A stretch of DNA of 64,000 nt, from NCBI GenBank assembly GCA_965221125.1, contig CBDCRW010000007.1, positions 736,001 through 800,000 of the forward strand. Direction: 5' to 3'. Source of the stretch: Alphaproteobacteria bacterium. Lineage in GTDB: Bacteria; Pseudomonadota; Alphaproteobacteria; UBA828. How positions within the stretch are numbered: the first letter of the stretch is position 1; each line of letters opens with the position of its first letter. A model generated the notes under the pieces. That model did not search any database, was not told the DNA's origin, and was given only the letters and a program-made list of their open reading frames with translations. Positions 28,757 to 38,064 of this stretch are shown one piece after another. The translations under genes were made by a program, and so were the position numbers.

Positions 28757-29497
28757 TTAGCCATCACATTCCTCATCATCATTGAGTATCCAACACAAGA
28801 AAGCAACAAAGGATATGCACATTAGGCTATTTCGTTCGTTGCCGTATTGAACATCAATACCGTGTAAAATTAGATGACGATTTACTCCGTTAAATGACGA
28901 CCCTCGCTCCCTCTCGTTTTGCCACAGTGGTATTGCTTCGTTGAATAAACTGAAGATTGCCTCTGAGAATGTACCCTCCAATTGAACGATGTACTCCGTA
29001 CTTGCCTTATGCCGCAGTCTCTCGATAAAGAAATTCGTGGAGAACCTATCACACCATATCCCGTCTGCCTGCGAAAGAAGAACGGGAATCGATAAGTTGT
29101 ACTTTCCCTCCTTATGAGCATCGAAAGCATCAACAAGAATGTCTTTACGGTGTGGATATCTCTCTATGAGCTTGTTTTCTATAGCGTTCAATCTTTGTCT
29201 GTAGTATTCGGCAATATTGTCATCTCCATTTCCCTCACGCAGGTTCCTTGCAAACATGTGAGGTTCGCTGATTGTCATTTCAGCATCAATATACCATCCA
29301 GACTTAGCCAAATATTGCGCTATCTTTTCGAGCAATTCAGGTTGCTCGTTTATTTTCTTCGAAAGACGATTAAGAGGTTCTAACGCCTTGTTGATTCTAT
29401 CGAGAGCGGATGTCAATGGACTGAGCGCGTGATTGAATTCAGATGCTTTCTGAACAATCTCTGAAAACTGTTGTTGAGGTGACAACTCTCTTTCCAT
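28757..29497 (-). CDS. Low-GC hypothetical protein with RxxxxH motif (HEPN-like)
   Basis: 246-aa ORF, about 35-43% GC in lines counted; helical-looking; NRHLILHG near the C-terminus. Confidence 0.65.
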   Translation of the reverse strand: MERELSPQQQFSEIVQKASEFNHALSPLTSALDRINKALEPLNRLSKKINEQPELLEKIAQYLAKSGWYIDAEMTISEPHMFARNLREGNGDDNIAEYYRQRLNAIENKLIERYPHRKDILVDAFDAHKEGKYNLSIPVLLSQADGIWCDRFSTNFFIERLRHKASTEYIVQLEGTFSEAIFSLFNEAIPLWQNERERGSSFNGVNRHLILHGIDVQYGNERNSLMCISFVAFLCWILNDDEECDG

Positions 29498-29507
29498 GGT
29501 TCTTATC

Positions 29508-30662
29508 CTAATTCTGAGCCTCGGGCCGTGAAATACGGCCGCCAGGAACCAACACGCGCCCTTCCATCAGGCGGCGTGCGGTGCGGGTTACCGTGACGCG
29601 GGCGACGCAGGGCGGGTCGGCGGCGGAGACATCGACCAAGACCTCTGCAACGCCGGAGGGATGGCCGAGGCGGATGGCGCTATCATCGGCTGTGCCGGGG
29701 CGCGTTACCTCGGCTGCAACGGTGCCCGGAATACGGGCGGCCGCCGCCAACGCCAGGGCCGCCGTGAGCGGCAACGCCCGGTGCGGGCGACCCATTGAGA
29801 TGACGCGGGCCGAGAGATCGGCGGAATCGGCAGCCAATCGAGCGCCGCTCAGGGTCATCGCGTCGGCAGGCGGGGCGACGAAGCCCACCTTGGGCACGCT
29901 CTCCGTTTCCGGAGGAATTCCCATTGCCGCGGCCCCGGCGTGGCGGATCGTTTCCAGCCGCCCCAGGAGGGCGGAGTCGCTCTCCATCGCATCGGGCAGC
30001 TCGACACCGTTCAGGCCGAGCGCGTCGGCGTGGACGCACACCAGTGCCGTCGATGCGTCGATCAGCGTCGCCTCGATCTCGCCGAGGCCCGGTACGTCGA
30101 GCACGTCACGGGCGCGTCCCGTCGGCAGCAGTCGTCCGGTGACGGCGCCGCCCGGCTCCAGGAAGGAAAGCTCGATGGGCGCGCCCCGGCCGGCGACGCC
30201 GTCGAGCACGGTTTCGCCTTCCACCACCGCGCGTCCGCCCGCGACCTCGAAGCGCGCTTCGATCGTCTGATCCAGGTTACAGTTATAAAGGGTGAGGGCG
30301 ACCTCACCGTTCGTCGCCCGCACCAGCCCCTCGTCCACCGCGAAGGGCCCCACCGCCGCCGTCAGGTTGCCGCAGTTGCTGCGGTAGTCCACCAGCGCGC
30401 GCTCCACGGCCACTTGTCCGAACAGGTAGTCGATGTCCACGCCCGGCCGCGTGCTCGGGCTCACCACCACCACCTTGCTGAGCGAGGAGATGCCGCCGCC
30501 CATGCCGTCGAGCTGGCGGCCGTGCGGGTCGGGGCTGCCGAGGGCAGAAAGGAAGAGCGCGTCCCACGCCGCGCGCTCTTCAGGCAAGTCGCGGCGGTGG
30601 AAGAAGAGGCCCTTGCTGGTGCCGCCCCGCATGAAGACGGCAGGCAGCGCGATCTGGCTCAC
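29508..30662 (-). CDS. PrpF family (methyl)aconitate isomerase
   Basis: FMRGGTSKG, QLDGMGGGISSLSKV, NCGNLTAAVGPFA, RTARRLMEG. Confidence 0.92.
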   Translation of the reverse strand: MSQIALPAVFMRGGTSKGLFFHRRDLPEERAAWDALFLSALGSPDPHGRQLDGMGGGISSLSKVVVVSPSTRPGVDIDYLFGQVAVERALVDYRSNCGNLTAAVGPFAVDEGLVRATNGEVALTLYNCNLDQTIEARFEVAGGRAVVEGETVLDGVAGRGAPIELSFLEPGGAVTGRLLPTGRARDVLDVPGLGEIEATLIDASTALVCVHADALGLNGVELPDAMESDSALLGRLETIRHAGAAAMGIPPETESVPKVGFVAPPADAMTLSGARLAADSADLSARVISMGRPHRALPLTAALALAAAARIPGTVAAEVTRPGTADDSAIRLGHPSGVAEVLVDVSAADPPCVARVTVTRTARRLMEGRVLVPGGRISRPEAQN

Positions 30663-30676
30663 GATGAACCCGCCGG

Positions 30677-32149
30677 CTAGGGCCGGTTCTTGCGCGCCGC
30701 CGCGTCGAGGCCGGCGATCCGGCCGAAGACCGCGCCCCGCATCACCGAGGTGGAGCCCGTGTAGGTGCGGTAGTAGAGGCCGGCGGTCTCGCCTGCGGCG
30801 TAGAGGCCGGGGATCACCTCGCCGTCGGCGTTCAGCACCTGGGCGGAGGGACTGATCTTGAGGCCGCCGAAGGTGAAACAGTTGGCGGCGATGATCGGCC
30901 AGGCGCGGTAGGGCGGCTGGTCCACGGGGCGCGCCCAGTTGGACTTTCGGAGCGCGAGGCCATCCGTGCCCAGTCCGTCGAGCGCCAGCGGCTTGAAGCC
31001 GTCCTCGCCACGACAGGCCGCGTTGTAGTCGCCCAGGGTGCGCGCGAGTTCGTCGCCGTCGATGCCGAGAGCGTTCGCGAGCGCAGCCGGCGTCTCCGCC
31101 TCCACCGGCGGCTGATCGGTGCGCACCGACTTCTGCCAGTTGGGCACGTCGTCGAGCCTGGCATCAGTGATGGCGAAGGCGATGCCCTCGGTCTGCGCCA
31201 TCATCTGTCGGGACGCCGCCTCGTAGCTCGCGTCCACCGTTGCCGGGGCCTCGTCGACGAAGCGCCGGCCCTCCCGGTTCACCAGAATGCCGTAGGGGTA
31301 GTTGAGCACCACCGGCTCGTGCTGGCCCGAGCGCGGATCGACCGGCTGGGCGTGGAAGCTGCCGTAGTCGCCGCAAGGCGCGGCGCCGATCTCCAGCGCC
31401 ATGCGGATGCCTTCGCCGCGGTTGTAGTAGCCGCCGCGCGCGACCGGGCGGATGAACTGGCTCTGCGGGCCGAGGTAGCGGCTCAGCATCTCGGGGTTGC
31501 CCTCGAATCCGCCGGAGGCCAGCACGACCGCCCGCGCCCGCAGGCGGATGCGCCGGTTGCGCGGCCCACTCGCTTCGACGCCGTTCACCCGGCCGTCGTC
31601 GTCCTGCATGAGTCCGCGCGCCGTCGTCTCGTAGTGGATGGCGATGCGGTCCGGCACGCTCTCGGCATGGGCCGCCAGCGCCTCCACCAACGCGAGGCCG
31701 CCGCCGGCGGGCGCCATGCGGGTCGTGCTCTCGGTGATGAAATAGTTGGGCAGGAAGTCGAACTCGACGCCGAAGCCCGTGAGCCAGCGCAGCGTCGGCC
31801 CGGCGTTGTCGGCGAGCGTCGTGACCAGCTCGGGATCGACGAAGCCGAGGCCGCGCAGGAGCCTCGGCCACTCGTCGTAGGGCCTGACGCTGTCTTCAAT
31901 CACCGCAGGGTCGAGGTGGCCGCCCGCGTTCTCTGCGAAGCGATCCACAAAATCCTCGGAGACCGCATCGTGGCTTTGCATCCGCCAGAACGACTCGGTG
32001 TAGCGGGTGTTGCCGCCGCGCTCTTCCCTCGGCGCGCGCTCCAGCAGGGCCACCCGCGCACCCGCTTGCTGGGCGCTCACGGCCGCCGAAAGGCCCGCGA
32101 TGCCGCAGCCCACCACGATCACGTCGTAGCTATTGTCTCCGATGCCCAC
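30677..32149 (-). CDS. FAD-dependent oxidoreductase, tricarballylate dehydrogenase TcuA/CobZ-like
   Basis: GCGIAG, RGGNTRYT, ASGGFEGN, HAQPVDPR, FTFGGL, GLYAAGE. Confidence 0.82.
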   Translation of the reverse strand: MGIGDNSYDVIVVGCGIAGLSAAVSAQQAGARVALLERAPREERGGNTRYTESFWRMQSHDAVSEDFVDRFAENAGGHLDPAVIEDSVRPYDEWPRLLRGLGFVDPELVTTLADNAGPTLRWLTGFGVEFDFLPNYFITESTTRMAPAGGGLALVEALAAHAESVPDRIAIHYETTARGLMQDDDGRVNGVEASGPRNRRIRLRARAVVLASGGFEGNPEMLSRYLGPQSQFIRPVARGGYYNRGEGIRMALEIGAAPCGDYGSFHAQPVDPRSGQHEPVVLNYPYGILVNREGRRFVDEAPATVDASYEAASRQMMAQTEGIAFAITDARLDDVPNWQKSVRTDQPPVEAETPAALANALGIDGDELARTLGDYNAACRGEDGFKPLALDGLGTDGLALRKSNWARPVDQPPYRAWPIIAANCFTFGGLKISPSAQVLNADGEVIPGLYAAGETAGLYYRTYTGSTSVMRGAVFGRIAGLDAAARKNRP

Positions 32150-32229
32150 GCTTGGCCGTCTCCCGCCGATTGCGACTTTCAGGCCGGCTATCTAACTTGC
32201 GCGCGCACGCACGGCAATGCGGGGGCGGA

Positions 32230-34590
32230 ATGGCAGACGGCATCGGCGCGGCGGAGAGACGGGCGGAGGACGAGCGCTTCCTCACCGGCCGCGGGCGCTA
32301 TCTCGACGACCTCGCGCTGCCCCGCCAAGCGTGGGGCTGCGTGGTGCGCTCGCCCCACGCCCATGCCGAGATCGGTGCGATCGAGACCGAGGCTGCCTTG
32401 GCGATGCCGGGCGTGTACGCCGTCTACACTGCTGCCGACCTTGCGGCAGCGGGGATCGGTGCGATCCCCTGCGTTATGGCGCCCAGGAGCGTCGACGGTA
32501 GCGCCGCCGCTCTGCCGCCGCGTCCCGTGCTCGCGTCCGGGCGCGTGCGCATGGTGGGCGACCCGGTCGCCTTCGTCGTGGCGGAGAGCGGGGCCGAAGC
32601 CCGCGAAGCAGCCGAGGCGGTCACCGTCACGTATCGGCCGCTCCCGGCGGTGACGGACGCGAAGGCAGCGCTCGGCAAGGACGCACCCCCGCTCCACGAG
32701 GAAGCGCCCGGCAATCTCTGTCTCGATTGGGAGCTGGGCGAGCGGGAGGCGACGGAGGAGGCGCTGAGCGTAGCGGCCCATCGGGTAAGCATGGAGACCC
32801 GCAGCCCGCGGGTCACAGTCTGCCCCATGGAGCCCCGGGCCGCGCTCGGCGCCTACGATCCCGGAAGCGGCGATTACACGCTGACGGCCGGCACGCAGGG
32901 CGTCCACCTGGTACGCAACGTCCTGGCCGAGCACGTGCTCAAGGTTCCGGCCCGAAGCGTGCGCGTGGTGACCCCCGATGTGGGCGGCGCCTTCGGTGTC
33001 AAGCTCTGGGTCTATCCCGAATACGCGCTCGTGCTCTTCGCCGCGCGCTTACTCGGCCGCCCGGTCAAGTGGGTGGGGGACCGGGGCGAGACCATGGCGA
33101 GCGACCACCAGGGCCGCGACCTCCGCTCGCGCGCGACGCTGGCGCTGGATGCCAACGGCCGATTTCTGGCATTGGCCGCAGACAGCGTCGCCAACCTCGG
33201 CGCCTACGCGTCCAACTACGGACCGTCGGTCCCCACCCAGGGCGGCACGCGCGCGCTCGCCGGCCCCTACTGCACGCCCCTGCTCCATGTGCGCGTGCGT
33301 GCTGCCTACACGAACACGGCGCCGACGGATGCGTATCGCGGCGCCGGCCGGCCTGAGAACGTCTATCTACTGGAACGCCTGATCGACAAGGCCGCGCATG
33401 AGCTCGGCCTCGACCCCGCCGAGCTGCGTCGCCGCAACCTCGTCGCCGCCGATGCCATGCCCCACCGCACCCCGCTCGGCCAGAATTACGATTCGGGCGA
33501 CTTTCCCGCGATCCTGGAGACCGCGTGCGAGGCCAGCGGCTGGCGTGCGGCACGGCGGAGGCCAGGGGCAGGGGAGGGGGCGCCGGAGCGCCTGCGCGGC
33601 ATCGGGCTCGCCTTCTACGTTGATCCCTGCGGCGCCAACCGCAACCAGTGGGCGGCGCTCCGCTTCGATGCGGAAGGCGGGGCGACCGCGCTCATCGGGA
33701 GCCAGTCCACGGGGCAGGGGCACGAGACGGCCTACGCCCAGATCGTCGCCGATCGTCTCGGTATTCCTTTGGGCAGCGTGCGCGTGCGGCAGGGGGACAC
33801 CGATCTCATCGCCCACGGCAGCGGCTCCAGCGGCTCACGCAGCCTCCCCTACGGCGGCAACGCGGTGCTCCGAACTGCAGAAGAGGCTGCGGAGCGAGGG
33901 CGTGCCGTCGCCGCCGCGTTGCTGGAGGCGCGGGTCGACGACATCCAGTTCTCCGGCGGCCGCTACCGCATCGCCGGCACCGACCGTTCGGCGGGCTTTG
34001 CGGAGGTGGTGCGCGCCTCCTTCGATCCGGCGCTCCGGCCGGACGCCGAATCGCTCGGCCTCGACGGCGAGGTCAACCACATGGCCCGCGCGGTGACCTT
34101 CGCCAACGGCTGCCACGTGTGCGAGGTGGAAATCGAACGCGCGACGGGTGTCGTTCGCATCGTCCGTTATGTCGCCGTCGACGACTTCGGGCGGATCCTC
34201 AACCCGCTCCTGGTGGCAGGGCAGGTCCACGGCGGCGTCGCGCAGGGAATCGGTCAGGCGCTTTGCGAGCATGCGGTGTACGACGAAGCGAGCGGGCAGC
34301 TCGTCGCCGGCTCGTTCATGGACTACACGCTGCCGCGCGCCGACGATCTGCCGTTCTTCGACGGCCATCTCGCCGTGATACCGTGCCTGACCAACCCGCT
34401 GGGCGTGAAGGGCTGCGGCGAGGCGGGTTCGATCGTGGCGCCGGCGGCCGTGATGAACGCGGTGGCCCACGCGCTCCGCGACCACGGCGGGCACGATGCG
34501 GTCGAGATGCCGGCCACGCCCGAGGCGATCTGGCGCATCCTGCACGGGCCGTCACCGCCTCAGCCAAAGGAAGGAACCGACGAGTCATGA
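32230..34590 (+). CDS. Xanthine dehydrogenase family molybdopterin-binding subunit (CoxL form II-like)
   Basis: REDxRFLTGRGRY, RSPHAHA, DVGGAFG, AYRGAGR, GQGHET, GVKGCGEAG. Confidence 0.92.
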   Translation: MADGIGAAERRAEDERFLTGRGRYLDDLALPRQAWGCVVRSPHAHAEIGAIETEAALAMPGVYAVYTAADLAAAGIGAIPCVMAPRSVDGSAAALPPRPVLASGRVRMVGDPVAFVVAESGAEAREAAEAVTVTYRPLPAVTDAKAALGKDAPPLHEEAPGNLCLDWELGEREATEEALSVAAHRVSMETRSPRVTVCPMEPRAALGAYDPGSGDYTLTAGTQGVHLVRNVLAEHVLKVPARSVRVVTPDVGGAFGVKLWVYPEYALVLFAARLLGRPVKWVGDRGETMASDHQGRDLRSRATLALDANGRFLALAADSVANLGAYASNYGPSVPTQGGTRALAGPYCTPLLHVRVRAAYTNTAPTDAYRGAGRPENVYLLERLIDKAAHELGLDPAELRRRNLVAADAMPHRTPLGQNYDSGDFPAILETACEASGWRAARRRPGAGEGAPERLRGIGLAFYVDPCGANRNQWAALRFDAEGGATALIGSQSTGQGHETAYAQIVADRLGIPLGSVRVRQGDTDLIAHGSGSSGSRSLPYGGNAVLRTAEEAAERGRAVAAALLEARVDDIQFSGGRYRIAGTDRSAGFAEVVRASFDPALRPDAESLGLDGEVNHMARAVTFANGCHVCEVEIERATGVVRIVRYVAVDDFGRILNPLLVAGQVHGGVAQGIGQALCEHAVYDEASGQLVAGSFMDYTLPRADDLPFFDGHLAVIPCLTNPLGVKGCGEAGSIVAPAAVMNAVAHALRDHGGHDAVEMPATPEAIWRILHGPSPPQPKEGTDES

Positions 34591-35618
34591 CGAGCTGGCG
34601 CAACCGCAAGACCCTGATCCTGAGCCGCACCGACATGATGGGCCTGCTGGAGCCCGGCGAGTACGTCGATTGCGTCGAGACCGCGTTCCGCCGTCACGGC
34701 GAGGGGCGCTGCTACCTGGAGCCCAAGGGCCATATCGTGCTCGACAAGTATCCGGGCGAGTGGGAGGTCATGCCCTCCTACATCGAGGAGCCCGCCGGCG
34801 CCGGCGTGACCGAGGCCGCCGCCTGCAAGTGGGTCTCGATCCGCGAGCACAACCGAGCGAAGTTCGACCTGCCGACGGTGTTCTCGATCCTGATCTACAC
34901 GGAGCCCGAGACCGGCTTTCCCTTGGCCATCGTCGACGGCAGCTACCACACCATGATGCGCACCGGGGCGTCCGCCGCGGTCTCCATCCGCTGGCTCGCG
35001 CGCAAGGATGCCTCCGTGCTCGCCCTCGTGGGGGCGGGCGACGTCGGCATCGGCTCGCTCAGGACCTGCGCCGCCGTGCGCGACTGGTCCGAGGTGCGGG
35101 TCTGGAGCCGCACGCAGGCCACGCTCGATGCCTTCATGGAGAGCGAAGCCCCGCGCCATCCGGGCCTCACGCTCAAGCCCTCCACCGATCTCGAGGCCGT
35201 GGTGCGGGGCGCCGATGCGGTCGTGACGACCACGACTGGCGCCGCTCCCGTGGTCAAGGATGCGTGGATCGCTGACGGCGCCCACATCGCAGCATTGGGT
35301 TCCGACCTCGCCGGCAATCAGGAGCTTGAGAGCGCGATCTGCGCGCGGGCGCGCATCTTCGTGGACGACATCAGGCAGTGCGTGCCGGACGGCGAGATCA
35401 ACGTACCGATCAAGGAGGGGGCGATCACGGCCAACGACGTGGCCGGCGAGATCGGCGCCGTCATCTGCGGCAGTCTCGAAGGCCGCCGGGACAACGCCGA
35501 GGTCACGCTCTTCGATTCGACCGGAATCGCGATCCAGGACTCTGCGACCGTCCCGCTCGAATATCAGCGCGCCGTCGAAGCCGGCGTCGGCATCGAGAAG
35601 AAGATGATCTCGACCTGA
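34587..35618 (+). CDS. Ornithine cyclodeaminase / mu-crystallin family protein
   Basis: MPSY, KWVS, MRTGA, GAGDVG, LFDSTGIAIQD; ATGA overlap with the Mo subunit gene. Confidence 0.9.
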   Translation: MTSWRNRKTLILSRTDMMGLLEPGEYVDCVETAFRRHGEGRCYLEPKGHIVLDKYPGEWEVMPSYIEEPAGAGVTEAAACKWVSIREHNRAKFDLPTVFSILIYTEPETGFPLAIVDGSYHTMMRTGASAAVSIRWLARKDASVLALVGAGDVGIGSLRTCAAVRDWSEVRVWSRTQATLDAFMESEAPRHPGLTLKPSTDLEAVVRGADAVVTTTTGAAPVVKDAWIADGAHIAALGSDLAGNQELESAICARARIFVDDIRQCVPDGEINVPIKEGAITANDVAGEIGAVICGSLEGRRDNAEVTLFDSTGIAIQDSATVPLEYQRAVEAGVGIEKKMIST

Positions 35619-35643
35619 CGCCTGGCACGGCCGACGGGCGGCC

Positions 35644-36408
35644 TTAACCGTTGTCCCAGATCACCTTGGGGTAGGGCACGACCCAGGAGGCCTTGAGGTA
35701 CCAGGTCTCCAATATCTCGACCGGCTCGAGCTTGTGGAGGTGCGGGTAGAGGCCGGATCGGCCTAGTTCCAGATGGCCAGGGCCGGTCCAGATCTCGTGC
35801 AGCGCAAAATCCTCGGGCCTAATCAGGAGCAGTTGCTTGATCGGCTTGCCGCCTTCCTCGGGGTTGGGGATCTTCCGAATCTGCAGGAAGTCGGCGTCGA
35901 CCAGTTCGGCGAAGCGATCATCGATCGCGCTGTCGGCGCGGCGGATCGGCGGCGGGCTGGTGACGTTCATGCTGAGCCGCATCAGACACTCGCCGGCGCG
36001 GTGGCAATGGCCGATCGCCTGGCTGCCGTGGAAGGTCAGCGGCGTGGTGTCGCACATGTTGGCGGGCCAGCCGTAAATCTCACGCTCGAAGGTGAGCGCC
36101 ATGTCGTTGTCGACCCAGATGTAGTTGATGTACCAGCCGGTCCACTCCTTGTAGCGGACCATGATGCCGGTCAGGCACTCGTGATAGAGCTCGACCGAGT
36201 GGGTGGGCTGGCCCATGTCGCCGAGCCAGGCCAGCACGAGGTTGGGTTCGACCGGCTCCAGCGGCTCCGGCACCTCGAAGGCGACCGCGTCCGGGTCGGC
36301 GCGGTAGGCCATCATCAGGATCTTGCTGGCAGGCGTCGCGTAGAACGGTGGCGCCGTGAAAGTCGGCGCCGCGAGCGGCATCGAATAGCCTTCTTCGTGC
36401 TCCTTCAT
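35644..36408 (-). CDS. Acetoacetate decarboxylase-like family protein
   Basis: YSMP, YRADPDAV..EVPEPLEP, YHE, REIYGWP, W.GPG.L motifs. Confidence 0.8.
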   Translation of the reverse strand: MKEHEEGYSMPLAAPTFTAPPFYATPASKILMMAYRADPDAVAFEVPEPLEPVEPNLVLAWLGDMGQPTHSVELYHECLTGIMVRYKEWTGWYINYIWVDNDMALTFEREIYGWPANMCDTTPLTFHGSQAIGHCHRAGECLMRLSMNVTSPPPIRRADSAIDDRFAELVDADFLQIRKIPNPEEGGKPIKQLLLIRPEDFALHEIWTGPGHLELGRSGLYPHLHKLEPVEILETWYLKASWVVPYPKVIWDNG

Positions 36409-36508
36409 GATCTCCCTCTCGTGGTTGGGCGCGCTGGCTCGAGCGGCGCGGCGAGTGTGGGGGCGCCGGTGGGGCCGGTCAACCCGATCCCGATGCGCAG
36501 CCGCGCGC

Positions 36509-37261
36509 CTAATACGTCGCGCGGCCGCCGGAAAGATCGAACACGCCGCCGGTCGAGAAGGAGCAGTCTTCGGAGCAGAGCCAGGCGACCATGGCGGCGA
36601 TCTCCTCCGGCAGTCCGAAGCGCCCCATCGGGATCTTCGACCTCATCATGTCGATGTGGGCTTGCGTCATCTGGTCGAAGATGCGGGTCTCCACTGCCGC
36701 AGGGGTCACGCAATTCACCAGCACGCCGCTGCCGGCAAGCTCCTTGCCGAGGCTCTTGGTGAGTGCAATGAGGCCGCCCTTCGCCGCGCTGTAGGCAGGC
36801 GCGTTGGCGTTGCCCTCCTTGCCGGCGACCGAAGCGATGTTGACGATGCGCCCGTATCCGGCGTCCTTCATCTGCGGCACCACCGCGCGGCAGACCAGGT
36901 AGGGGCCGTTCAGGTCGATGTCGATGACCCGGCGCCAGTCGTCCACGGGGTACTCCCATGTCGTCATGTTGGGGCCGGAGATGCCGGCGTTGTTGACGAC
37001 GATGTCGATGCCGGCGGCGCTCGCCTGCGTCTCGTGGAGCGCCGCCTCGACCGCGTCCGGATCCGACACGTCGACCTCGATCCACCCTGCGGGACCGCCG
37101 CCGGCCCAGTCCGCCTGCGCGTGCCTCATGGCGGCCGCGTCGAAGTCCCAGACGTAGACACATGCGCCTGAGGCCTGCAGCCGCTCGGCAATCGCGCGCC
37201 CGAGCCCCTGGGCGCCGCCGGTCACGATGGCCCGCCGGCCGTTCAGGTCGATGGTGTTCAT
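36509..37261 (-). CDS. SDR family oxidoreductase
   Basis: TGGAQGLG, NNAGISG, AGKEGN, YSAAK, FDLSGGRATY. Confidence 0.92.
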   Translation of the reverse strand: MNTIDLNGRRAIVTGGAQGLGRAIAERLQASGACVYVWDFDAAAMRHAQADWAGGGPAGWIEVDVSDPDAVEAALHETQASAAGIDIVVNNAGISGPNMTTWEYPVDDWRRVIDIDLNGPYLVCRAVVPQMKDAGYGRIVNIASVAGKEGNANAPAYSAAKGGLIALTKSLGKELAGSGVLVNCVTPAAVETRIFDQMTQAHIDMMRSKIPMGRFGLPEEIAAMVAWLCSEDCSFSTGGVFDLSGGRATY

Positions 37262-37289
37262 GGTTCTTGTCCCTCTTGGCATTCGCGCG

Positions 37290-37688
37290 TCATGAGCTGG
37301 CCGGCAACCACGACACTTCATAACGCGCGATCTGAGTGTCCTCGGTGACGATCGTCAGGTCGTCAGCGAGCGCTTGCGCGATCAACATGCGGTCGAACGG
37401 ATCCCGGTGAAGGAACGGGAGCGACTCTAATCGATCAATGTGCCTGAAAGCGATTGGCAGCGCCCTAAAGCCGCTCTCGGAGACGCCCTCCTCGAATCGG
37501 GAATCGAGCCGGAGCTTGCCAATCGAAATCTTGATGGCCGCCTCCCAGGCCGAGGCCATGCTGACGTAAACGGTCTCGGCCTCGGCGATGGCATGCAACG
37601 CGTCCGCGCCAACTCGCGACTGGGCCGCGCGCCACCAGAGGAAGGTGTGAGTATCAAGAAGCAGGCGGCTCGCTATCGTCGCCGCCAT
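37290..37688 (-). CDS. vapC: Type II TA toxin, VapC/PIN domain
   Basis: LLLDTHTFLWW, SMASAWE, HRDPFDRMLIAQA, VTED; exact start uncertain. Confidence 0.92.
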   Translation of the reverse strand: MAATIASRLLLDTHTFLWWRAAQSRVGADALHAIAEAETVYVSMASAWEAAIKISIGKLRLDSRFEEGVSESGFRALPIAFRHIDRLESLPFLHRDPFDRMLIAQALADDLTIVTEDTQIARYEVSWLPASS

Positions 37689-37914
37689 AGAACGCGTCCT
37701 CTAACGCCTTTGGGAGCGGTGCGTCGAAGTCGTCGGCCATCCAGACCTTCCCCTCCCAGCCGCCGGGCTTGCGCGGGCGCATCGAGGGTTCCAGCGCGAC
37801 CAACCGCGCCACTGGCCGGTTGTGCTTGGCGATGACGATCTCCTCGCCGCCCGCTGCCTCTTCGACGAGGCGCGACAGGTGGGTCTTCGCTTGATGGATA
37901 TTGACCGTGCGCAT
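37654..37914 (-). CDS. Type II TA antitoxin, Phd/YefM family
   Basis: VNIHQAKTHLSRLV, EEIVIAK..PVARL, DDFDAPLP. Confidence 0.93.
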   Translation of the reverse strand: MRTVNIHQAKTHLSRLVEEAAGGEEIVIAKHNRPVARLVALEPSMRPRKPGGWEGKVWMADDFDAPLPKALEDAFYGGDDSEPPAS

Positions 37915-37953
37915 TTAGTTAAACTAAGTCTAACCAGATCAACTGTCAAGTTG
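37915..37953 (-). promoter_or_regulatory. Leaderless sigma70 promoter with operator palindromes for the TA operon
   Basis: Minus strand TTGACA-17 nt-TAGTTT-6 nt-ATG; TTAGTT-A-AACTAA palindrome at 37915-37927. Confidence 0.75.
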
Positions 37954-38064
37954 TCTTTCGTTCGGTTGTCCCGCGGCCATCCGCTCGCGAGCGTGCGCTG
38001 CGGCAGCACGGGCGCTATCTCGCTCTGGCGCCCGTGACCGTCTCGGGCCAGGATGCGGGCCACT

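Noticed and set aside
28624-28809. Small ORF(s) downstream of the low-GC gene as an antitoxin or cyclase remnant (ILFFTDMVG in another frame)
   Set aside because: Short, overlapping, no RBS or convincing motif; the resemblance is likely chance.
28550-29545. Integron cassette or IS with target-site duplication around the low-GC gene
   Set aside because: No RYYYAAC/GTTRRRY attC pair, no terminal inverted repeats and no convincing direct repeat at the two boundaries.
32230-34590. Genuine aerobic CO dehydrogenase
   Set aside because: The active-site loop is AYRGAGR, not form I AYxCSFR, and no cox accessory genes are present.
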